A DNA stretch of 64,000 nt from Eubacteriales bacterium (GCA_045658925.1 JAZOVV010000039.1:2621-66620), one strand, 5' to 3'; shown: positions 48,332 to 59,442, counted from the first letter of the stretch. Made by a program: numbers and translations. The notes: generated by a model from the letters alone, not told the origin.

Positions 48332-49042
48332 ATGAAAAAGCCGAAATATCAACGCATATTGCTCAAGCTTTCCGGTGAGGCTCTGTCCTCGGGTCAGGAT
48401 GGCATTCTCAACTTTGATTTCATTAAAGAAGTCGCCGCACAAATCAAGCGCTGCCAGGATGCAGGTGTAGAGGTCGCCGTTATCGTAGGTGCCGGAAACA
48501 TTTGGCGTGGCAGACAGGGCACGGGTATGGACCAGTGCCGTGCCGACTATATGGGTATGCTTGCAACTGTTGTTAACTCACTTGCTCTGCAAGACGTTTT
48601 CATCCGCGAGGGAATGAAGGCGCGTGTTATGACAGCTGTTGAAATCAAAGCTTTTGCCGATACCTACACCGCACGCGATGCAATCGCGGCTCTGGAAAAC
48701 GGAGAGGTTGTTATCTTTGGCGGCGGACTTGGTATTCCGTTCTTTTCTACCGACACGGCTGCGGCTCTGCGCGCAGCAGAAATTAAGGCAGATTGCATCT
48801 TGATGGCAAAGAACATCGATGCAATTTACAGCGCAGACCCTAAAAAGGATCCCAATGCGGTTCGTTACACCGATTTGACTTATGCCGAGATTCTCGATAA
48901 GAATCTGCGCGCACTCGATCTTTCGGCTGCAACGTTCTGTATGGATAATAACATCTCGGGTTATGCGTTTGGTTTGGCAAATCCCGAAAACATCTACCGC
49001 GCCGTTATGGGTGAGTCCGTCGGCACGGCTATTCACAACTGA
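48332..49042 (+). CDS. pyrH: UMP kinase
   Basis: YQRILLKLSGEAL, VVGAGNIWRG and the rest of the amino-acid-kinase fold. Confidence 0.95.
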   Translation: MKKPKYQRILLKLSGEALSSGQDGILNFDFIKEVAAQIKRCQDAGVEVAVIVGAGNIWRGRQGTGMDQCRADYMGMLATVVNSLALQDVFIREGMKARVMTAVEIKAFADTYTARDAIAALENGEVVIFGGGLGIPFFSTDTAAALRAAEIKADCILMAKNIDAIYSADPKKDPNAVRYTDLTYAEILDKNLRALDLSAATFCMDNNISGYAFGLANPENIYRAVMGESVGTAIHN

Positions 49043-49079
49043 TAAACATAAGATTTTACATAGAAAGGACTTAACGAAT

Positions 49080-49634
49080 ATGAAATTCAACACAAAGCCC
49101 ACCGAAGAAAGAATGCAAAAGAGCATCGACGTTTACGAAAACAACCTTTCCACCATCCGTGCAAGCCAGGCAAACGGTGCAATCGTTTCCAAGGTTACCT
49201 TCGACTACTACGGAGCTCAAACAAGACTGACCGATATGGCAAGCGTAGCGGTTACCGACCCCAAAACGCTCACCATTACTCCTTACGACCGTTCCACTCT
49301 CAAGGCAATGGTTAAGGCAATTCAAGCATCCGACATCGGCATCAACCCCGCCGACGACGGTAGCGTCATTCGCCTTGTTTTCCCGCCTCTCACCGAGGAG
49401 CGCCGTAAGACCTTGGCAAAGCAGATTCAAAAAATGGGTGAGGAAGCAAGAGTTGCTATCCGTAATATCCGCCGCGATGCCAACGACGAGATCAAAAAGC
49501 AAAAGAAAGACGGCCTTATGACCGAGGACGAGCAAAAAGCAGGTGAAAAGTCCATTCAGGATATCACCGACCGCTTCATCAAAATGGTTGATGAAATCAC
49601 GTCCAAGAAAGAAAAGGAAATCATGAAGATCTGA
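49080..49634 (+). CDS. frr: Ribosome recycling factor
   Basis: Start at ATG 49080. ...LSTIRASQANGAIVSKV...IRLVFPPLTEERRK...IRNIRRDAND... Confidence 0.95.
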   Translation: MKFNTKPTEERMQKSIDVYENNLSTIRASQANGAIVSKVTFDYYGAQTRLTDMASVAVTDPKTLTITPYDRSTLKAMVKAIQASDIGINPADDGSVIRLVFPPLTEERRKTLAKQIQKMGEEARVAIRNIRRDANDEIKKQKKDGLMTEDEQKAGEKSIQDITDRFIKMVDEITSKKEKEIMKI

Positions 49635-49704
49635 TCAGTACAAGGGGTGTGACAGCAATTTTGTTGTCAGTCACACCCCTTGCTGTTCATCAATGGGGTA
49701 AGCA

Positions 49705-50427
49705 ATGGCACTCAAAAAAGAGAAAAAGAGCACAAAAGGTATCATAATTGACGATCGCCTTCGCCATATCGCGTTCATTATGGATGGCAACGGCCGTTGG
49801 GCACAAAAGCGCGGAATGTCGCGCAGCTACGGCCACTCGGTAGGCGCCGAGACCTTTCGCCGCGTAGCGGAGTATTGCCAAAAGATTGGTATTCGCTATA
49901 TGACGGTTTATGCTTTTTCCACCGAGAATTGGAAAAGACCGCCCGAGGAAGTGCAGACCATTATGGATATTTTGGCGGACTATATCAACAAGTGCGCAGA
50001 GAAGACCGAAAAAGAGAATATCCATGTTCGCTTTATCGGTAACTTGAGTGTCTTTTCGCAAGATCTGCGTGAGAAGATGGAGAAAATCGACCGCGAGACG
50101 TCACACAATCCGTTCTGTCTCAATATTGCCATCAACTATGGCGGCAGAGAAGAGCTTGTGCACGCTTGCTCAGTTCTGCTTCGCACGGGGAAAACGGATA
50201 TCACAGAGGCTGATATTTCTCAAAATCTCTACACTGCAAATTGCCCCGACCCCGACCTCGTTGTGAGAACGGGGGGAGATACACGCATCTCTAATTTTCT
50301 GCTGTGGCAGTCTGCCTATGCGGAATACTATTTTACCGACGTTCTTTGGCCGGACTATTCCGAGAGAGACGTCGATGCGGCAGTAGCCGCATTCTATTCA
50401 AGACGCCGCCGCTTTGGCGGAGTTTGA
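49705..50427 (+). CDS. uppS: Isoprenyl transferase (undecaprenyl-diphosphate synthase)
   Basis: HIAFIMDGNGRWA, YAFSTENWKRP and RTGGDTRISNFLLWQ motifs. Confidence 0.95.
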   Translation: MALKKEKKSTKGIIIDDRLRHIAFIMDGNGRWAQKRGMSRSYGHSVGAETFRRVAEYCQKIGIRYMTVYAFSTENWKRPPEEVQTIMDILADYINKCAEKTEKENIHVRFIGNLSVFSQDLREKMEKIDRETSHNPFCLNIAINYGGREELVHACSVLLRTGKTDITEADISQNLYTANCPDPDLVVRTGGDTRISNFLLWQSAYAEYYFTDVLWPDYSERDVDAAVAAFYSRRRRFGGV

Positions 50428-50448
50428 ACCAACCCCAAGGAGGAACTC

Positions 50449-51315
50449 ATGAAACAACGTATTATAACGGGAATCATCGTGGTTCTGATTATGATTCCCA
50501 TCCTGTTGTTTGCGCAAACACCGGTTTTGCCCATTGCCATTGCCGTCGGCTCGGTGATTGCGATGTTTGAAATGATGCGTTGCATCGGAATGCATAAGGA
50601 ATATGCGTTTGCCATTCCGCTTTATGCGCTTGCGGCAAGTCTGCCTTTCCTTGCGCGCTTTATGGCACTCGGTTCGCTCAATGCCGTTGGCGAACACGGT
50701 TCTGCAAAGCATTTGGCACAGTATGGCGCTATTTTGATGATTGTCATTTTGTTTTACTTTTTCACCGTAGCCATCTTTTCGCACGGAAAGTACAATTTGA
50801 GCGACGTTTGTGTGCTTTTTGCAACTTCGTTCTACATCTTGATGGGATTTAACGCTATCATCATTTTGCACGATAATGAGGTAGGCGGACACGTTCTCTA
50901 TCTTGCTATCTTTATCAGCGCGTGGATAACCGACGTTTTTGCTTACTTTTGCGGAATGTTCTTCGGTCGTGGCGGAAAGCATAAGCTCATTCCCGACGTA
51001 TCTCCCAAAAAGACAGTTGAGGGAAGCATCGGCGGCATTGTTTTCTGTATTTTGAGCATGATGATTTTTGGCATGCTTTGTAATTGGCTTACCGACTACG
51101 ATGCCAAAATCGTTATGTTTGCAGTAGGCGGTTTTTTGGCATCTATCGTTTCGCAAATCGGAGATTTGTTGATGTCTTACGTTAAGCGTCACTACGGCAT
51201 CAAGGATTTCAGCCAGCTCTTCCCGGGGCACGGCGGTGTTCTCGACCGTTTCGATTCCATCCTTGCCGTTTCCATCGCTATGATGTGTCTTACAACGTTT
51301 GTTGACTTTTTCTGA
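50449..51315 (+). CDS. cdsA: Phosphatidate cytidylyltransferase
   Basis: Polytopic membrane protein. C-terminal signature SYVKRHYGIKDFSQLFPGHGGVLDRFDS. Confidence 0.92.
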   Translation: MKQRIITGIIVVLIMIPILLFAQTPVLPIAIAVGSVIAMFEMMRCIGMHKEYAFAIPLYALAASLPFLARFMALGSLNAVGEHGSAKHLAQYGAILMIVILFYFFTVAIFSHGKYNLSDVCVLFATSFYILMGFNAIIILHDNEVGGHVLYLAIFISAWITDVFAYFCGMFFGRGGKHKLIPDVSPKKTVEGSIGGIVFCILSMMIFGMLCNWLTDYDAKIVMFAVGGFLASIVSQIGDLLMSYVKRHYGIKDFSQLFPGHGGVLDRFDSILAVSIAMMCLTTFVDFF

Positions 51316-51323
51316 GGTAGCCT

Positions 51324-52508
51324 ATGAGTAATATAAACTATCCGTCCATCTCCATTCTCGGTTCAACCGGTTCGGTGGGGCAACAGGCGATTGAGGTTGC
51401 AATGCAGAATGGCATTCGTGTTAACTGTATTTCAGCTTACCGCAACGTTGACCTTGTCGAGCGACAGGCGCGTGCATTTTGTGTGCGCGCGTGCGCGATG
51501 GCTGACCGCGATGCCGCAAAAGAGCTTAAACGACGCTTGTTTGGTACCGATATCGACGTTTATGCAGGTATCAACGGTATTTGTGAGATGGTAACACAAA
51601 AATTTGGCGGTAGCGAGGTCGTGCTCAATGCCATTATCGGTGCGTCGGGATTGCGTCCCACGCTCGCCGTTTTGGGCGCGGGAAAAAAGCTCGCACTTGC
51701 CAACAAAGAATCTCTCGTGTGTGCGGGAGACTTTGTTATGAAGCTTGCAGAAGGCAAAAAAGCACAGATACTGCCGGTTGACAGCGAGCACTGTGCTATT
51801 TTCCAATGCCTGAGAGCAGGCAAAAAGGATGAGGTCAAGCGTCTGCTCCTGACTGCTTCGGGCGGCCCGTTCTACGGTATGACAAGAGAACAGCTTGCAA
51901 CCGTTACTCCCGAGCGCGCCTTGGCGCACCCCACCTGGAATATGGGGGCTAAGATTACCGTTGACAGTGCTACTTTAATGAATAAAGGCTTTGAAGTTAT
52001 CGAGGCAGCGCATCTGTTTGGTGTGAAACCCGAGCAGATAGAGGTGCTCATTCACCGCGAGAGCATAATGCACTCTGCTGTGGAATATATTGATAACAGT
52101 GTCATTGCGCAAATGTCGGTGCCCGATATGCGCCATTGCGTTCAGTATGCCTTAACGCACCCCGCACGTGGCGAGGCGGTTATCGAGCCTTTGGATTTTA
52201 CCAAAATTGCATCTATGAGCTTTGCAAAGCCCGATACCCAAACCTTTGTCCTTTTGGAGCTTGCAAAAGAGGCTCTTCGCCGTGGCGGAGCATATCCTGC
52301 AGTCCTCAATGCGGCAAATGAGGTCGCAGTTGCGGCATTTTTGGATAAAAAACTCACCTTTACGGGTATTTTTGACGTTGTTACCGAAACCTTTGAGTCT
52401 CTTTCCGATGCGAGCCGCATTTGGTCGGTAGACGATATTTTTGCCTTTGACGGTGCCGCGCGCTCTCTGGCAAACGAATTTTTGGAAAAGAGAAGCAGTT
52501 ATTGCTGA
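51324..52508 (+). CDS. dxr: 1-deoxy-D-xylulose-5-phosphate reductoisomerase
   Basis: ILGSTGSVG, LANKESLV, PVDSEH and HPTWNMG motifs. Confidence 0.95.
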   Translation: MSNINYPSISILGSTGSVGQQAIEVAMQNGIRVNCISAYRNVDLVERQARAFCVRACAMADRDAAKELKRRLFGTDIDVYAGINGICEMVTQKFGGSEVVLNAIIGASGLRPTLAVLGAGKKLALANKESLVCAGDFVMKLAEGKKAQILPVDSEHCAIFQCLRAGKKDEVKRLLLTASGGPFYGMTREQLATVTPERALAHPTWNMGAKITVDSATLMNKGFEVIEAAHLFGVKPEQIEVLIHRESIMHSAVEYIDNSVIAQMSVPDMRHCVQYALTHPARGEAVIEPLDFTKIASMSFAKPDTQTFVLLELAKEALRRGGAYPAVLNAANEVAVAAFLDKKLTFTGIFDVVTETFESLSDASRIWSVDDIFAFDGAARSLANEFLEKRSSYC

Positions 52509-52526
52509 TTTTTGGAGGAACCCAAT

Positions 52527-53906
52527 TTGAACCCTTTGTATATTCTTTACGCAGTCCTTATTTTTGGTCTTTTGATTTTCATTCACGAGCTTGGACACTT
52601 TATCGTTGCACGTTTGTTCGGCGTTAAAATTTTGGAGTTCGCCATTGGTATGGGACCAAAGCTCATTTCGTGGAAGGGGAAGAAAAGCGGAACCCGTTAC
52701 GCTTTGCGCCTTTTTCCCATAGGTGGCTTTGTCAATATGCTCGGTGAGAACGGAATGGAAGTGGTGCAAGGAGATAATGGTGAAGGAAATGACTCTACCG
52801 CTATGTTCCGCGAGATGCCCAGTGATGATCCCGAAGATACAAGACCGATAAATTCCGATTGGCAAGAGCTTTCCCCCGAGCTTGCCAAGCAAGCTTATTG
52901 CAACCAAAGTGTATGGAAACGAATTCTGATTTCCATAGCAGGTCCTGCTATGAACATCATTCTCGGCATTCTTTTGATGCTGGTGATGGTGCTTATGCAA
53001 GGGCAAAATGCAGCCGCAACCACTGTTATTGCAGGCTTTCACGTCCAATATACCGCCGAGGAGGCGCAATACGGCTTTGAACCCAAAGACAATCTTTACT
53101 CGGTCAATGGTGAACGTTTACTTTCCTATGCTGATTTTGAACGCTTTGTCAAGGATGCTAACGGTGAGGAAATTACCGTTACCGTTCAGCGTAGCAATGC
53201 CGACCGCACCGACTACTCAATGGTAGATGTAAAAGTGGCTCTTACCGAATCGGACCTTTCTCTCTTTATGGGCTCTCTGAGTGACAATTCCGGTTTGAAC
53301 ATTGAGGATGAGATTATCAAAGTGAATTCCACTCGTGTTCATACCTATGATGAACTTAGCTATGAAATTATGAACCAAGGCTACAAGCCTCTGACACTCA
53401 CCGTTTTGCGTAACGGTGAAAAGGTAGTGCTGGAGAATGTTATAGTGCCTTCCTATGAGGAACAGGGAATCGTGTTTGGTGATATTGATTTTTTGATTTA
53501 CCGCGAGCCCGAGTTCAATTTTGTAACCGTTCTCAAGCATACTTGGTTCCGTTCACTTTCCACCGTTAAAATGGTTTACGATTCACTCTTCGGCCTTTTC
53601 TCGGGTAGATACGGAGTTGAGGCTGTTTCGGGTCCCGTTGGCATTACCAAGGTAGTAGGGCAGGCGGCACAGTACGGCTTTACCACCTTGCTCAACGTCG
53701 TTGTCATCATTTCCATCAACCTGGGCGTGATGAATTTGTTGCCTATTCCCGCACTCGATGGCGGACACATCTTTATTTATTTGATTGAAGTCGTACGTCG
53801 CAAGCCGATGAAGCGTGAGCTCGAAGGCATTATCAATTTTGTCGGACTTGTCCTTATGCTTGCTTTGGCTGTGCTGATTGCCATAAAGGATATTATCGCA
53901 TTATGA
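52527..53906 (+). CDS. rseP: RIP (site-2) metalloprotease RseP/RasP
   Basis: Start taken at TTG 52527 after a GGAGG SD. HELGHF zinc motif, a PDZ-like middle region, and NLLPIPALDGG. Confidence 0.9.
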   Translation: MNPLYILYAVLIFGLLIFIHELGHFIVARLFGVKILEFAIGMGPKLISWKGKKSGTRYALRLFPIGGFVNMLGENGMEVVQGDNGEGNDSTAMFREMPSDDPEDTRPINSDWQELSPELAKQAYCNQSVWKRILISIAGPAMNIILGILLMLVMVLMQGQNAAATTVIAGFHVQYTAEEAQYGFEPKDNLYSVNGERLLSYADFERFVKDANGEEITVTVQRSNADRTDYSMVDVKVALTESDLSLFMGSLSDNSGLNIEDEIIKVNSTRVHTYDELSYEIMNQGYKPLTLTVLRNGEKVVLENVIVPSYEEQGIVFGDIDFLIYREPEFNFVTVLKHTWFRSLSTVKMVYDSLFGLFSGRYGVEAVSGPVGITKVVGQAAQYGFTTLLNVVVIISINLGVMNLLPIPALDGGHIFIYLIEVVRRKPMKRELEGIINFVGLVLMLALAVLIAIKDIIAL

Positions 53907-54997
53907 GATATAACGATATTAGAAGAAGAACAAGAAGTGTTGCAGTGGGGCAGTGCCGCATTGGTGCGAGAGCCCCCATTGCCATTCAATCTATGACCAA
54001 CACCCCCACCGTCGATGCCGCGCGAACCTTGGAGCAAGTGCGCAAATTGGAGCGTGCAGGGTGCGATATTGTGCGCCTTTCTGTTCCAACCGAGGAGGCG
54101 GCATACACTGTTTGGAAGCTCAAAGAAGCCGGCATCAAAATGCCCATCGTAGCCGATATTCATTTCGACTACCGCGTAGCACTCCGCTGTGCCGAGCTTG
54201 GCTTTGATAAAATTCGCATCAACCCCGGGAATATAGGAGATGAAGACCGCATAAAGGCCGTTTGCGATGCTTGCCGCGAGCGCCGCATTCCCATTCGAAT
54301 TGGTGTCAATGCAGGCTCGCTTGAAGGACACATTCTCAAAAAATACGGCTCTCCCACACCCGAAGCACTTTGCGAGAGCGCACTCTATCATATTGCTTTG
54401 CTTGAAAAATTTGGTTTTTACGATACCGTTGTTTCCATCAAGGCATCCAACGCGCGGGATATGATTGAAGCCAACCGCCTTTTGGCTGAAAAATGCGATT
54501 ACCCCTTGCATTTGGGTGTTACCGAGGCAGGTGGCGGTGAGCGCGGACTCCTCAAGAGCACCGTAGGCATCGGCGCACTCCTTTGCGACGGTATTGGAGA
54601 TACCATTCGCGTTTCCTTGACCGATGACCCCGTGCACGAGATTGCCGCCGCACGCAAAATTTTACAAGCCGTCGGCATTGAAGGGCAGAGCGGTATGGAT
54701 ATTGTTAGCTGTCCTACCTGTGCACGCACCGAAATCGACCTCATCCCGCTCGTCAAACGCTTTGAAGCAGCGGTTGCCGCTGAAGGACTTGACAATGTCC
54801 CCGTAAAGGTAGCCCTTATGGGATGTGTTGTCAACGGACCCGGTGAAGCACGCGAGGCCGACGTCGGTATTGCGGGCGGCAAGGGCGAGGCGGTTTTGTT
54901 CCGCCACGGCGAAATTGTAGAGAAAATTCCCGAGAGGGATATTGTAGAAAGACTTTTGCGTGAAGTACGCACTCTAAAGGAACATAAAACGTTATGA
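53903..54997 (+). CDS. ispG: 4-hydroxy-3-methylbut-2-en-1-yl diphosphate synthase (flavodoxin)
   Basis: PIAIQSMTNT, VADIHFDY, RINPGNIG and the C-terminal CPTCART...GCVVNGPGE Fe-S motif. Confidence 0.95.
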   Translation: MRYNDIRRRTRSVAVGQCRIGARAPIAIQSMTNTPTVDAARTLEQVRKLERAGCDIVRLSVPTEEAAYTVWKLKEAGIKMPIVADIHFDYRVALRCAELGFDKIRINPGNIGDEDRIKAVCDACRERRIPIRIGVNAGSLEGHILKKYGSPTPEALCESALYHIALLEKFGFYDTVVSIKASNARDMIEANRLLAEKCDYPLHLGVTEAGGGERGLLKSTVGIGALLCDGIGDTIRVSLTDDPVHEIAAARKILQAVGIEGQSGMDIVSCPTCARTEIDLIPLVKRFEAAVAAEGLDNVPVKVALMGCVVNGPGEAREADVGIAGGKGEAVLFRHGEIVEKIPERDIVERLLREVRTLKEHKTL

Positions 54998-57900
54998 GTA
55001 AAAATCTGCTTGAAATTTTTAACAGATATCAACCCGACAATGCGTCTGCCGAAGCTTTACTTTCGGCAGACGCTGACGGCATTTCTCTCAGAGCCGATAA
55101 GGAACAGCGCATCATTGAGGTAAAAGCTCCTTTTCCCCGTATCATTCCGCGCACCGAGCTTTATCGCATCGAAGAGGAAATCCGTATAGCATACGACCTC
55201 AACAGTGTCCGCATTTTTCCTATTTACAGTGCGGAGCTTTTTGATGTCTCGCAGATTCCCGACCTTTTAATGGAGACCAACCGCTGTGGCATAGTTGCCA
55301 AGGGCTTTTTCGACCGTTGCGAGTACCGTCTTGTAGGGAACGTTCTTGATATTGATATTCCGTTTGGCAATGCAGGCATCAACCTCATAGAGAGCGCCGA
55401 AACGCCCAAACTGATGGAAAAGCTCGTCAAAGATACCTACGGTGTTACCTTGCAGGTCAGACTTCACACGTTGCAAGGATTTAACCCCGACGATTATCAA
55501 GCCCCCTTGCAAAGCCGCATTCAGGAAATGAGCCGCGATGCCGCGCGTGCCGAGGTGCAGTACCAAAAGGATGCGCTTCGCGCTCCCGAGGTTGTTACCG
55601 TTTCGGATGAGGAAGAAAAAGAGATGCTTCCACGTGCTGCTTCGATTTACGGTGAGGTTCCGTTGCCCGAATACGGAGAGGGGACCTGTCGCATCGGTTC
55701 ATCTGTTTTTGATATCAGTGAGCCCGAATACGTTTACGGCGAGCCCTTTGAGATTCGTCCTTTGCCCATCGGTGCTATTGATAAGCCGCAAAAGAACCTT
55801 ACCATCATTGGTGAGGTCTTTGACCTTGTTCGCGAGGAAAGTCGCGGTGGCGACCGTTTTGACGTCAGTTTTGCCATCTTCGACGGAAACGCTTCCATCG
55901 AGCACCGCTCTTATTCGCTTGATATCGACGAGGCTACCGAGCTTTGCGAAATGCTCCACAACGGTGATGCCGTTGCTATGCGCGGTTATGCCAAGCACGT
56001 AACAAGAAAAGGCAAAACCGACCCCGATTTCACGTTCTATTATACAGATATTGCTAAAATTTCCAAAATCAAGCGTAAGGACACCGCCGAGAAGAAGCGC
56101 GTAGAATTGCACTTGCATACCACTATGTCCACAATGGATGCTCTCATCGCACCCGATGCCGCAGTGAAAACGGCACTCAAGTGGGGAATGCCTGCCGTAG
56201 CCATTACTGACCACGGTAACGTACAAGCCTTTCCCGATGCGATGTTGACCCTTGAAAAAGCCGCAAAGGGAACCGATTTCAAGGTCATTTACGGTATGGA
56301 AGCTTACTTTGTCAACAACACCGCGGGTGCTATTGCGGGTAAGTATAACCCGAATTTGCACGCGGAATGTGTTGTTTTCGATATCGAGACAACAGGTCTT
56401 TCGGTGCAGAACTGCAAAATTACCGAAATCGGTGCCGTCAAAATCAAAAACGGAGAGGTGCTCGGTCGCTTTAACACCTTCGTCGACCCCGAGGTGCCGA
56501 TTCCTGCCGATATCGTTGAACTGACAGGCATTACCGATGAAATGGTAAAGGGCGCACCCAAATATCCCGAAGCGCTCAAATCCTTCTTTGAGTTTATCGG
56601 CAACAATCCGTCAAAGGAGATTCAACCTCTCCTCATAGCGCACAATGCAAACTTTGATATCGGTTTTATCCGTCACTTTGCAAAAGAGGCAGGATTGCCT
56701 TTTGAAAATCCCTATCTCGATACTCTCGCTCTCTCGCGCTACATCAACCCCGACCTGAATAAGCATACCCTCGATGCGATTGCAAATGCGTACAATTTGG
56801 GTGACTTTAACCACCACCGCGCTTGCGACGATGCCGAAATGCTCGCACACATCTTCTTCCGTATGATTGACATTATGGAAAAATCCGACCTTCGAGACTG
56901 GCGTATGCTGCAGCAGGAAATGGCAGAGAAGACCGACCCCCTCAAGCTCAAGCCCTATCACCAAATCATTCTCGTCAAGAACAAGATAGGACTCAAGAAT
57001 CTCTATAAGCTCATTTCAATGAGTTATCTCGATTATTACCGCCGCTTCCCGCGTATTCCCAAAACCGTACTCGAGAAGCACCGCGAGGGACTCATCATCG
57101 GTTCCGCTTGCGAGGCGGGCGAACTCTTCCGCGCAATACTCGAGAACAGACCCGAGAGCGAAATTGAAGAGATTGTCAACTTCTACGACTATCTCGAAAT
57201 TCACCCCATCTGCAACAACCGCTTCCTCATTGCCGAGGGAACCGTTGCCGATGACGAAGGCTTGCGCAACCTCAACCGCCGCATTGTCGAGTTGGGCGAA
57301 AAATACGGCAAGCCCGTTTGTGCGACTTGTGACGCGCACTTCCTCAACCAAGAGGACGAGCTCTACCGTAAGATTCTCCTTGCGGGTATGAAATTCAAGG
57401 ATTTCGACCGCGACGTTGGCATATATCTGCGCACGACCGATGAAATGCTTGCAGAATTCTCCTATCTTGGAGAAGAGAAGGCGTATGAGGTCGTTGTTAC
57501 CAACACCAACCGCATTGCCGATATGATTGAGCCCGTGCGCCCCATTCCCGAGGGCAACTATACCCCCGAAATGGAAGGTGCCGACCAAGAGCTTCAGGAT
57601 ATGTGTTGGGAGAGAGCCAAGAGAATGTACGGCGACCCACTCCCCGAGCTCGTTTCAAAGAGACTTGCGCGTGAGCTGGATTCTATTGTTAAAAACGGCT
57701 TTGCCGTACTTTATCTCATTGCACAGCGTCTTGTAAAATACAGCGAGGACCAAGGCTATCTCGTTGGCTCGCGTGGCTCGGTAGGTTCTTCCTTTGCTGC
57801 AACCATGGCAGGTATCTCCGAGGTTAACCCTCTGCCGCCGCACTATTATTGCCCCAATCCCGCTTGTAAGCACAATGAGTTCTTCACCGACGGTTCTGTC

Positions 57901-59442
57901 GGCTCGGGGTTCGATTTGCCCGATAAGATGTGCCCCAAGTGTGGAACAAAATATATGGCTGACGGTCACGACATTATGTTCGAGACCTTCCTTGGCTTCT
58001 ACGGCGATAAATCTCCCGATATTGACCTGAACTTCTCGGGTGACGTACAAGGCAGAGTCCACAAATACACCGAAGAGCTCTTCGGTGAAGGTCACGTGTT
58101 CCGTGCAGGAACGCTCGGCACCCTTGCCGATAAGACTGCATACGGCTACGTAGCCAAGTTTGTGGAAGAGAAGGGCATCAGTCTCTCAAGAGCCGAAATG
58201 AACCGTTTGGTACAGAATTGCGTGGGCGTAAAGCGTACCACAGGACAGCATCCAGGTGGCATCATTGTTGTGCCTTCGCAATACGACGTTTACGACTTTA
58301 CCCCCGTTCAGCACCCTGCAGATGACCCGAATTCGGATATCATCACAACGCACTTTGCGTTCTCCTATTTGCACGATACCATCCTCAAGCTCGACGAGCT
58401 TGGACACGATATTCCTACCAAATATAAGTACCTTGAGCGCTTTACCGATACGTCGGTTCTCGACGTGCCGATGAACGACCGTTCCGCTTACGAGCTCTTT
58501 GAATCGACCAAGCCTCTTGGCATCGAGCCCAAGGACATTGAAGGTTGTACCATTGGTACATACGGTCTGCCCGAATTGGGAACACCTTTCATTCAACAGG
58601 TTCTCATTGATGCAAAGCCGCGTAACTTTGCCGACCTTTTGCAGATTTCGGGTTTGACACACGGAACAAACGTGTGGCTTGGTAACGCGCAAGACCTCAT
58701 TAAAGACGGCACCTGCGATATTTCCCGTGTTATCGGTACCCGTGACGGTATTATGTTGGATATGATTCGTTATGGGCTTGAAAATGCAACCGCGTTCAAG
58801 ATTATGGAAGCGGTTCGTAAGGGCAAGGGGCTCACGCCCGAATGGGAAGAAGATATGCGCGCACATAACGTTCCCGAGTGGTATATTGCATCCTGTAAGA
58901 AGATTAAATATCTTTTCCCCAAGGCGCACGCGGCGGCTTACGTTATGTCGGCAATCCGCCTGGCTTGGTATAAGGTACATCAACCCGTAGCGTTCTATTG
59001 CACCATGTTCACCGTTGCTCCCAACGGCTTTGACGCCCAAGTGGTTATCAAGGGTAAGCAAAACGTAGTGGCGCACATGAAGGATATTCAAAAGCGCGGC
59101 AAAGAGGCATCGCAAAAGGAGCAGAGCAGCGTTCCCGTACTCCAACTCATCGTTGAGGCAATGGCGCGCGGTGTCAAGTTCCTGCCGGTCGATTTGCAAA
59201 AGTCACACGCATTCATCTTCCAACCCGAAAACGGTGCTATCCGTATGCCGTTCTCCTCACTCCCCGGGCTTGGAGAAAATGCAGCACAGAACATCATCAA
59301 AGCACGCGACGAAGAACCCTTTTTCTCGGTTGAGGATTTGCAAATTCGCGCAAAAATCTCCAAAACCGTTATCGAAATGCTCCGTGCCAACGGTGTCCTC
59401 GATAACATCAACGAGACCGACCAAATGACGATGACGTTTTGA
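54994..59442 (+). CDS. polC: DNA polymerase III, PolC-type
   Basis: 1482 aa. PHP region ELHLHTTMS. Inserted 3'-5' exonuclease (VVFDIETTGL ... AHNANFDIGF ... HRACDDA). Zinc-finger CPNPACKH...CPKCG. Confidence 0.98.
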   Translation: MSKNLLEIFNRYQPDNASAEALLSADADGISLRADKEQRIIEVKAPFPRIIPRTELYRIEEEIRIAYDLNSVRIFPIYSAELFDVSQIPDLLMETNRCGIVAKGFFDRCEYRLVGNVLDIDIPFGNAGINLIESAETPKLMEKLVKDTYGVTLQVRLHTLQGFNPDDYQAPLQSRIQEMSRDAARAEVQYQKDALRAPEVVTVSDEEEKEMLPRAASIYGEVPLPEYGEGTCRIGSSVFDISEPEYVYGEPFEIRPLPIGAIDKPQKNLTIIGEVFDLVREESRGGDRFDVSFAIFDGNASIEHRSYSLDIDEATELCEMLHNGDAVAMRGYAKHVTRKGKTDPDFTFYYTDIAKISKIKRKDTAEKKRVELHLHTTMSTMDALIAPDAAVKTALKWGMPAVAITDHGNVQAFPDAMLTLEKAAKGTDFKVIYGMEAYFVNNTAGAIAGKYNPNLHAECVVFDIETTGLSVQNCKITEIGAVKIKNGEVLGRFNTFVDPEVPIPADIVELTGITDEMVKGAPKYPEALKSFFEFIGNNPSKEIQPLLIAHNANFDIGFIRHFAKEAGLPFENPYLDTLALSRYINPDLNKHTLDAIANAYNLGDFNHHRACDDAEMLAHIFFRMIDIMEKSDLRDWRMLQQEMAEKTDPLKLKPYHQIILVKNKIGLKNLYKLISMSYLDYYRRFPRIPKTVLEKHREGLIIGSACEAGELFRAILENRPESEIEEIVNFYDYLEIHPICNNRFLIAEGTVADDEGLRNLNRRIVELGEKYGKPVCATCDAHFLNQEDELYRKILLAGMKFKDFDRDVGIYLRTTDEMLAEFSYLGEEKAYEVVVTNTNRIADMIEPVRPIPEGNYTPEMEGADQELQDMCWERAKRMYGDPLPELVSKRLARELDSIVKNGFAVLYLIAQRLVKYSEDQGYLVGSRGSVGSSFAATMAGISEVNPLPPHYYCPNPACKHNEFFTDGSVGSGFDLPDKMCPKCGTKYMADGHDIMFETFLGFYGDKSPDIDLNFSGDVQGRVHKYTEELFGEGHVFRAGTLGTLADKTAYGYVAKFVEEKGISLSRAEMNRLVQNCVGVKRTTGQHPGGIIVVPSQYDVYDFTPVQHPADDPNSDIITTHFAFSYLHDTILKLDELGHDIPTKYKYLERFTDTSVLDVPMNDRSAYELFESTKPLGIEPKDIEGCTIGTYGLPELGTPFIQQVLIDAKPRNFADLLQISGLTHGTNVWLGNAQDLIKDGTCDISRVIGTRDGIMLDMIRYGLENATAFKIMEAVRKGKGLTPEWEEDMRAHNVPEWYIASCKKIKYLFPKAHAAAYVMSAIRLAWYKVHQPVAFYCTMFTVAPNGFDAQVVIKGKQNVVAHMKDIQKRGKEASQKEQSSVPVLQLIVEAMARGVKFLPVDLQKSHAFIFQPENGAIRMPFSSLPGLGENAAQNIIKARDEEPFFSVEDLQIRAKISKTVIEMLRANGVLDNINETDQMTMTF

